A stretch of 64,000 nt of DNA from an uncultured Planctomycetaceae bacterium (GTDB lineage Bacteria > Planctomycetota > Planctomycetia > Isosphaerales > Isosphaeraceae): positions 4,480,001 to 4,544,000 of the forward strand of contig CAWIAD010000002.1 in NCBI GenBank assembly GCA_963833985.1. The letters run 5' to 3'. Position 1 is the first letter of the stretch. Every line of letters begins with the position of its first letter. Below are positions 56,715 through 64,000 of the stretch, piece after piece. Both the position numbers and the translations under genes were made by a program. The notes under the pieces are model-generated. The model saw only the letters and a program-made list of their open reading frames with translations, made no database searches and was not told the DNA's origin.

Positions 56715-57782
56715 ATGTTTGTGGACCGGGTGACCCTCTTCGTCCGCGGCGGTGACGGAGGCAACGGCTGTCTCAGCTTCCGGCGCGAGAAGTACGCGCC
56801 CCGTGGCGGCCCGAACGGTGGCGACGGCGGCGCGGGCGGCAGCGTGATCCTCCGCGCCTCCGAGCATCACTCGAACCTGGCTCACCTGTCGCATCAGCGG
56901 CACTGGAAAGCCACCCGCGGCGAGCACGGCCAGGGCTCGAATTGCTTCGGCCGCGCCGGCGACGACCTGGTGATCGAGGTTCCCGCCGGCACCATCGTCC
57001 GCGACCGTGACCGGCAGCACGTCCTGCGCGACCTGAAAATGGCCGGCGAATCAGTCGTCGTGGCGCATGGCGGCAAGGGCGGGCATGGCAACACCCACTT
57101 CAAGTCCTCCACCAACCGGGCACCGCGCGAGCACGAGCCAGGCTTCCCCGGCGAGGAGCGGTGGATCGTTCTGGAGCTCAAGGTGATTGCCGACGTCGGC
57201 CTCATCGGGCTGCCCAACGCCGGCAAATCGACTCTCCTTTCCCGGATCTCACGCGCCCATCCGGAAATTGCCGACTACCCCTTCACCACCAAGTATCCCA
57301 ACCTGGGCTCGGTCGTCGTCGATCCCGAGAACACCTTCGTGGTCGCGGACATCCCCGGGCTGATCGAGGGCGCGCACACCGGGATGGGCCTGGGCCACGA
57401 GTTCCTCCGTCACGTCGAGCGCACGCGCTTGCTGGTTCACCTGATCGAGGCGGTTCCGGCCGACGGCTCCGATCCGGTCCAGAATTACCGGATGATCCGC
57501 AAGGAGCTCCAGGAATACAGCTCTGCCCTGGCGGACCGGCCCGAGCTCCTGGTCGTGACCAAGATGGACCTCACCGGCGCGGCGGAGAGCCGCGACCGCG
57601 TCGCCCGATCGCTGGGACGCCCGGTGCTGGACATCTCGGCGGTCTCCGGTCAGGGGATCCCCACGCTCTTGCAGGCAATCGCCGCACGACTGGACGAACT
57701 GCACCATGCCGAGCCCCCGACGTCTCCGCTTCCGGACGTGGAGACCCGGGCACCCATCACCGTGCCGGCGGCGGACGTGTGA
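56715..57782 (+). CDS. obgE: GTPase ObgE/CgtA
   Basis: MFVD..FRREKY.PRGGPNGGDGG; GLPNAGKST; YPFTT; DIPGLIEG; TKMD. Confidence 0.98.
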   Translation: MFVDRVTLFVRGGDGGNGCLSFRREKYAPRGGPNGGDGGAGGSVILRASEHHSNLAHLSHQRHWKATRGEHGQGSNCFGRAGDDLVIEVPAGTIVRDRDRQHVLRDLKMAGESVVVAHGGKGGHGNTHFKSSTNRAPREHEPGFPGEERWIVLELKVIADVGLIGLPNAGKSTLLSRISRAHPEIADYPFTTKYPNLGSVVVDPENTFVVADIPGLIEGAHTGMGLGHEFLRHVERTRLLVHLIEAVPADGSDPVQNYRMIRKELQEYSSALADRPELLVVTKMDLTGAAESRDRVARSLGRPVLDISAVSGQGIPTLLQAIAARLDELHHAEPPTSPLPDVETRAPITVPAADV

Positions 57783-57785
57783 GCG

Positions 57786-58559
57786 ATGTTACGCATCGTG
57801 GCCGACCTGGGAAACTCCCGCGTCAAGTGGGCGCGGCTCGACGAGCACGCGCGACTCTTGCCGTCAGTTCCCTTGCCCACGGACGATCCTCTGGCCTGGG
57901 AAGCCGTCTGGGATGAATGGCACCGGGATGGCCAGGAGCCGTCAAGCTGGGCGATCGCCTCGGTCAACCCTCCCGTGGCGCAACGGCTCCGAAGGTTCCT
58001 GGAGCATCGGAAGATACAGCAGGTGTCCTGGTACGAGACAGCAGCCGACGTGCCGATTGCAATGGATGTGGAAGGGCCCGATACCGGCGGGGCCGACCGG
58101 GCCCTGGCCGTACTGGCCGCGCGGCGGATCATGCCGGCCGGGCGGCCCGGGCTGGTTGTCTCCTGCGGCACGGCGATCACGATCGAGCGGACCACCGCCG
58201 AGGGCGTCTGGCAGGGCGGGGTCATCGCCCCGGGGCTCTTTCTCTGCGCACGGGCGCTGCACCTTCTTACCGCCCAGCTTCCCCTGATCCATCCCGATGC
58301 CTCCGCACCCTATTGGGGCCGCGGCACCTTGCCCTCCCTCGAGGCCGGCGTCTTCTGGGGTACCGTGGGCGCTCTCCGCGAACTGCTGGCGCGGCAGACG
58401 TTCGAGCCCCCTGCCAATCCCTGGATCGTCTGGACGGGGGGCGACGCCGGGCGGCTGGCCGTGACGGTTTGCGGTCCGGACGCGCGCATCGTCCCCGACC
58501 TGGTTCTCAGTGGGCTGGCGCTGGCGGCGTTCCGTTCCACCGACGCACCAGATCCTTGA
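57786..58559 (+). CDS. coaX: Type III pantothenate kinase
   Basis: DLGNSRVKW, GADR, CGTAITI, GGVIAPG, TGGDA, DLVLSGL. Confidence 0.93.
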   Translation: MLRIVADLGNSRVKWARLDEHARLLPSVPLPTDDPLAWEAVWDEWHRDGQEPSSWAIASVNPPVAQRLRRFLEHRKIQQVSWYETAADVPIAMDVEGPDTGGADRALAVLAARRIMPAGRPGLVVSCGTAITIERTTAEGVWQGGVIAPGLFLCARALHLLTAQLPLIHPDASAPYWGRGTLPSLEAGVFWGTVGALRELLARQTFEPPANPWIVWTGGDAGRLAVTVCGPDARIVPDLVLSGLALAAFRSTDAPDP

Positions 58560-61500
58560 ATTCATCGCTGGAGCGGATGGCGTCCAGATCGGGATCACTG
58601 GCCAGGTAGCTCGCCAGGTCCTTCACGGAAACGCCCGGCTCGCGACTCGCTCGCTCGATGAGGGCGATGGCCGAGCGCGTGTCGGCTTGCGACTGTTCGG
58701 CCCGGCACGCCGGCTCCAGCGCGGGGTCGCTGCGCGCGGCAGCCGCGGCCATGCTGAATACACAGCCGAGATTGTAAAGTTGCACAAAGCCCAACCCGGG
58801 CGCATGCACAAGCTTCTCGGCGGCGGCGACGGCCTGCTGGTGGCGGCTCAGCCTCGCCAGACAGAGGGCGCGGGCGAGCTCCTGATCCAGCCGCTCGTCC
58901 GGGCCGCAGAGTGCCAGGATGAGGTCTGTCTGGGCCAGGGCCTCCTCGTGGCGATTCAGTTCCGCGACGGTGTTTCGCAAGTTGGATCTTGCCCCTTTCA
59001 ACTGCACGCGGAGCTCCACTTCGTGCGGGGCCAGCCGGTTCGCCTCATCCAGCGCGGCCACGCTGCGCTTCTGGAGGGGGAGCGCCGCGGCCGGCCCGGA
59101 CACCGCGCGGACCAGATTTCCATAATTCACGCAAATGATCCCCAGGCATTGCAGCACACTCAAGTCGTGCGGCAACTCGGAGTGCACGGAATCGATGACA
59201 GCGAGGGCCTTGTCGAAGCCATCGCGCGCTTGCGGTATCCGGTTCAGCTTGCTCCAGGTGTCGGCCAGGTTCTGGTAGCAATGGGCCAGCGCCACGCGCA
59301 GGCTGAGCTCTTGCGGAAAGTCGTGTGCGTTCTCCTCGTTGGCCTTCACGGCGCTGGCGTAGCTGGACTCGGCCTCCGCCATCTGGTTACGGCCCCAGTA
59401 GAACGACCCCAGGTTGCTGAGCGCCCGCGCCAGGGAGGCGCGATGGGCGAGCAAGCGCGGATGGCGGCGGACGAGCTCGCGGCAGGACTCCACGGCCTGC
59501 CGCAGGACGCTCTCGGCCTCGCCCGGGCTACCATGGTCCTTGAGCTGCGGAAGCAGCAGGCCCAGGGCGTTCTGACAGGCGATGATTCCTTCCAGGTCGC
59601 TGTCGTTGCGCTCGCTGGGCGGGATGGAATCCCAGATCTTCAGGCAGCGACGATAGTGCCCCAGTGCGAGCTCGATCTGGCCCGTCTTGGCCTCGGCCAG
59701 GCCCAGGTTGTAAATCGCCCGGGCAAGGTCGTGGTTGTAGGTGCTGGGGCGCTCACTGGCCAGTGATTCGAGCAGGTCGATTCCCTTTTCCAGGTAGCTC
59801 CTGGGCGACGCCAGTCCGAAGCCCAGCTTCTGGACAGCCACGCCGAAATAGCTGCCGGCCAGCTTGGCGCGGATGGCGGGGTCATGAGTGGCGAGCGGCT
59901 GCCAGAGCGCGACCGCTTGCAGGAAATCATGCTTGCCCAGCTCGGGGCTCTCCAGCTCGGCCAGGGCGAGATGGGCGTCGGCGTCGGCGTCCTGATAGGC
60001 TTGCACGCCGGGGTGCTCGCTGAGCAGGGTGTCGAAGATGGCGGCGGCTTGCCGGCACTGGCCGGCGGCCTGCGTGTACTCACCCAGCGTCTTGTGGATT
60101 GCGGCGATGCCCAGGTGCGCCCGGCCCATTTCCAGGCGAATCGCGGGATCGGCGGGGTTTCGTTGCCGCAGTGGCTCCAGCTCCAGCAGCGCCTCGTTCA
60201 GGAGGGCGCGGCGCACCGGCTCGGCTTCGGGCACGCTTGAGAGCCGCTGGTCGGCCACCCGCACGAGCATCTTCGTGATGGCCGACAGGGCCTCGCGCGC
60301 GCTCTGCTCGGCGCTGGAGCGGGCCGCGTCGAGCGCCAGGTTCGAGGAAGCCAGCCGGATGTTGAGGCGGCGGAGCTGAAGGTTGTGCAGGATTCCTCCG
60401 GCCCCCAGTGCCAAGAGGGCCAGGACACCGAGCAGGATGCCCGCGGCCAGGGCCTTCTGGCGCCGCGCCCAGAGCCAGGCGCGCTCCCACCCCGGGACCG
60501 GCCGGGCGACGATCGGCCTCCCTTCGCGAAACCGCAGCAGGTCCTCGGCCATCGCCTGAGCGCTGGGGTACCGCCGGTGCGGGTCCTTCTCCAGGCATTT
60601 CAGGCAGATGGTTTCCAGGTCGCGGGGCAGTCCGGGCCGAAGCTGGCGCGGCCGGACCACGTCGCTGCCGCGCACCTGCATCATCGTGGCCATAGGCGAT
60701 TCGGCGCGGAAGGGGGGGCGGCCGGTGAGCACGTCGTAGAAGACCGCGCCCAGTGCGTAAATGTCGGTTCCCGTTCCGATGGCGGAGAGCGTCCCGTCCA
60801 CCTGCTCGGGAGCCATGTAACTGGGCGTTCCCACCAGGGCCCCGCTTTCGGTCTGTCGGGAATCTCCGGCGAGGATCTTGGCGAGGCCGAAATCGGCGAT
60901 CTTGGGCTCGCCGGCTGCCGTCAGGAGGACATTGGCCGGCTTGAGGTCACGATGAACGACCCCTCGTTCATGGGCGTGCTGGATGGCCCGCGCGAGCGTT
61001 TCCACTAGCGCGACGGCGCGATCGACCGGCAAGGGCGTGCCGGCAAGACCGCGCTCCAGGGTACCGCCGGGCACGTACTCGAGCGCCAGGAACGGGCGGC
61101 CCTCATGCTCGCCGATCTCGTGAATGTGCACGATGTTGGGGTGCTCGAGCCGGGCGATGACCTCTGCCTCGATGCGGAACCGGCTGATCTGCCGGTCGCC
61201 GCTGTGCGTGCCATCGAGAATCATCTTCAGCGCCACGAGACGATTGAGCGCCTGCTGCCGCGCCCGGTAGACCACTCCCATCCCCCCGCGGCCCAGCAGC
61301 TCCAGGACCTCGTATCCGGGCACGCGGACCGAGACGGGTAAGGCTTCCTGGAGCCTGTCCTCGGTTTCGGTCGGTTCGTACGGGAGGGCCTGGTCGAGCG
61401 CGAACTGAACGTTCAGCGCCTCGGCCAGTTGCGGGAAGCGGGCGACATATTCGTCCAGCGTGGGCTCGCCGTGTCCGAGCCGGCGCCTCAGCAGGACCTC

Positions 61501-61703
61501 GTGGTAGATCAGGCTGAGGATGATTTCCGGATCATCAGCCCCGCCGGCCCTTCGTGCCAGGTAGTTCTCGACCGGCGTGAGCGCCCGCGCTGCCAGTCGA
61601 CGCTCTGCTCATCGAGCAGCAGGGTCAGCTTCCAGGTCTGCGAGCTGATGGCCCGCTGACTGGAGGGTTCCGTGGGCGAGGGATCCGTACCCGGCGCGGC
61701 CAT
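58507..61703 (-). CDS. Ser/Thr protein kinase with TPR repeats (frameshift ~61584)
   Basis: GRGGMGVVY, HRDLKPAN, DFG, GTPSYMAPE; TM; TPR-like C-terminus; N-terminal DWQRG..LIYHEVLLR segment split across frames. Confidence 0.92.
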
Positions 61704-61706
61704 GGC

Positions 61707-62291
61707 TCATTCCTCCCAGCCCAGTTCGCGCACGACCCGATCGAAGGCCCGCTCCAGCCGCTTGCGGGACGCCTCGGCCGTACCCCCCACGCGGGCGGCG
61801 ATCTCCCCCCATTCGCACCCGGCGGCCCGCAGGTCCGAGAGCCCGCGCTCGCTGTCGCTGAGGCGCGACCGGACGATCTGCGCCAGCTCGTTCCAGGCCA
61901 GTTGCTCGGTGAAGCTGGGACCAGGAACCGCCGGCGCGAGCATCCCGTTCTCGTCGCTGATCTCGCGCTCGTCGCGGCGTGTGACCTGAGCCTTGCGGGC
62001 CTGCGTCGCCAGCTTGTTCCGGGCCATGGTCTCGAGGAGCCGCGCTAGCTGGGCGGGGCTTTCCAGGTCGTACTGGCCCAGGCTCAGTCGGGCGAAGAAG
62101 TTGGCCAGGACCGACTGGCAGATATCGGCCGAGTCGAAAAGCCGGCGCAGCCGGCTGTCGCGGATCCGCAGCCGGATCACGCGCCGCAAGTGGGGCTCGT
62201 AGGCCGCGACCAGCTCGGCGGCCGCGGCCGGATCTCCGGCGCGAAATCGCTCCAGCAGCTCCGGCAGCCCTGGCTGTGACGACAGCGCCAT
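61707..62291 (-). CDS. ECF sigma factor paired with the kinase
   Basis: LLERFRAGDPAAA..RLRRLFDSADICQSV..WGEIAARVG..RKRLERA; stop 3 nt before the kinase ATG. Confidence 0.9.
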   Translation of the reverse strand: MALSSQPGLPELLERFRAGDPAAAAELVAAYEPHLRRVIRLRIRDSRLRRLFDSADICQSVLANFFARLSLGQYDLESPAQLARLLETMARNKLATQARKAQVTRRDEREISDENGMLAPAVPGPSFTEQLAWNELAQIVRSRLSDSERGLSDLRAAGCEWGEIAARVGGTAEASRKRLERAFDRVVRELGWEE

Positions 62292-62687
62292 AAGGTTAAC
62301 CCCGAAGCGGCCGCGCGGCCGGCGTGATGCTCTGTGTCTTCATATCACTCAGAAAAATGTCAGCACCCCCGTCCGCTCGTGCCGTGTGAGCGCGATCTTG
62401 CAATAGTGAAGGATAGCACCGGCGGCAAGCCGTGATGGGATCGTCCATCCTCGTTCAGAAAACCCAGTCGCCCAAAGCAGTTGCATCGCCACAAGTTGTG
62501 CCGTCGCGTACCGGCCGCCAACTCACAGGACGGTGCGCATCCATCATCGTCCGTATCCGATACGCGATCCAGTGCGGCGCGGTGTCGCAGCCTGAATGAT
62601 CTCCCGGCACATTCCGCCGTGCCCGTCGCGAGCGGATCGAACCACGAAGTTTTGACATTTCAATGGTCCGACAGCGAGGAGCTGGTC

Positions 62688-64000
62688 ATGAAACGCCTCG
62701 ATGCCCTGCGGGAGTCTCCGCGGTCCCGTTCAGGTCGCCTGCTGCGCAGCCGCAAACATTTGAGGCGATTGCTTTTCGAGTCGCTGGAGGAACGCGTGAT
62801 GCTGGACGCGAACAGCTCCAGCCCGCTTCCCGCATCCATCGTGCTGGGCCGTACCCTGGCAACACCGGCCACGGCAGCGAGCGCGACCCCGCGCCCTCTT
62901 ACTTCGTGGGCGAGGTGCAGAACGGACAGGTGACGATCACCTACACCGTCTACAACGAGCAGGCCGGCACCGAGACTGGCGTCCTTCTGACCACCACGCT
63001 ACAGCCGGGAGTCACACTTCTCAATTCCTCGGTGACGCTGGACGGCAATACGGCCACGCAGCTTCCCGACCAGAACGGCCAGAACCTGGCCTGGAGCTTG
63101 CAGCCGATCCAGGGATACGACCGCGAGAGCGTCGCGGTCACCGTGAGCCTGCCGAGCTCCTCCACCCTTCAGCTCGACTCCGGCGCACACGCTTACGCCA
63201 TGCTCGACGCCGGTGCCCTGACGGCGTCCACGCCCGCGGCCGCGCTCAGGTCCGGCAATGTCGCGGACCCCGCCCTGCTCGCCTCCACGCCCGATGCCAA
63301 CTCGAACGATCCCTACGTCCAGGAGGAAGCGGCGAAGCTCAATTACGATCCGACGCAGATCTTCAACTTCCTGCACTCCGACATCGGCTACAACTCGTAT
63401 ACCGGTTCGGTTCGTGGCGCCCGGGGCACGCTCTGGAGCAGCGCCGGCAACGCGCTGGACGTCGCCAGCCTGGGTGTGGCCCTGATGCGCACCAGCGGCA
63501 TCCCGGCGCAGTACGCGTCCGGAACGCTTTCCTATCAGCAAGCGCAAACGCTGATCCTGTCGATGTACCCGGCGAGCTACCAGACCGTCGGCTACATCCC
63601 CTCGGGCACCCAGACGGCCGATCCGGCAAACGACGCCACGCTCCAGTCCGAGACCCAGAGCCATTACTGGTTCCAGTTTGATCCCGGCAGCGGGATGACG
63701 AACGCCGACCCGCTCATGTCCACCGCAACGATCGGCCAGACCTTCACCACGGCGACGGGGACGTTCAGCGAGGTACCCCCAAGTCTGCGTGCGACCACCG
63801 AGGTCAAGCTTTCGGCCGAGATCTACAGCCAGGCCAGCGCACTTTTCGGAGTGGGCGACGGACTTACCACCACCACCGTGCTCGACCAGACTTTCAACGA
63901 CGTCGCGCTGGTTGGCCACCCACTGTCCTTCGGCAATCTCGTGAACAGCCAGGGCTTCGGGGCGATCTTCACCGAAGTCACCAACACCTACACGCCTTAC
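62688..64000 (+). CDS. Large extracellular protein with planctomycete export motif and transglutaminase-like domain (partial; frameshift ~62890)
   Basis: GAGGAG RBS; RRLLFESLEERVML; then open to the edge: IFNFLHSDIGYNSYTGSVRGARGTLWSSAGNALDVASLGVALMRTSGIPAQY..HYWFQF..DP. Confidence 0.85.

Noticed and set aside
58507..58559. 53-bp convergent overlap of coaX and the kinase as antisense regulation
   Set aside because: Short tail overlaps are common in GC-rich genomes and this one may come from an indel

Overview
GC-rich bacterial chromosome segment, very likely Planctomycetota (Isosphaeraceae-like). This rests on three long Hanks-type Ser/Thr kinases (two paired with ECF sigma factors), a DUF1559 prepilin-like gene, a DUF1573-like gene and a protein with the planctomycete 'RRLLFESLEERVML' extracellular motif. 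Core genes are queC, rpmA, obgE, coaX, rtcB and a uvrA paralog. Accessory content, left to right: (1) an MFS/ArsB-type/MFS transporter operon; (2) a ~10.8-kb debris-rich interval (5.6-16.3 kb) with an ECF/kinase pair, an intact IS4 (19-bp IRs, 11-bp target duplication) and several relics; (3) a histidine kinase plus sigma-54 regulator; (4) a nested MITE-like > REP-like > IS1182 structure; (5) an ECF42-like/YciI/BNR-propeller/MoaD cluster; (6) a DUF1573-DUF1559-Cys-rich secreted peptide-membrane-anchored protein cassette beside a toxin-antitoxin pair whose toxin is internally deleted; (7) the start of a large transglutaminase-like surface protein. At least three REP-like palindrome families are present. 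More than fifteen otherwise intact genes carry single-base frameshifts, most likely long-read indel errors. All product calls come from motif recognition by eye, not database searches.
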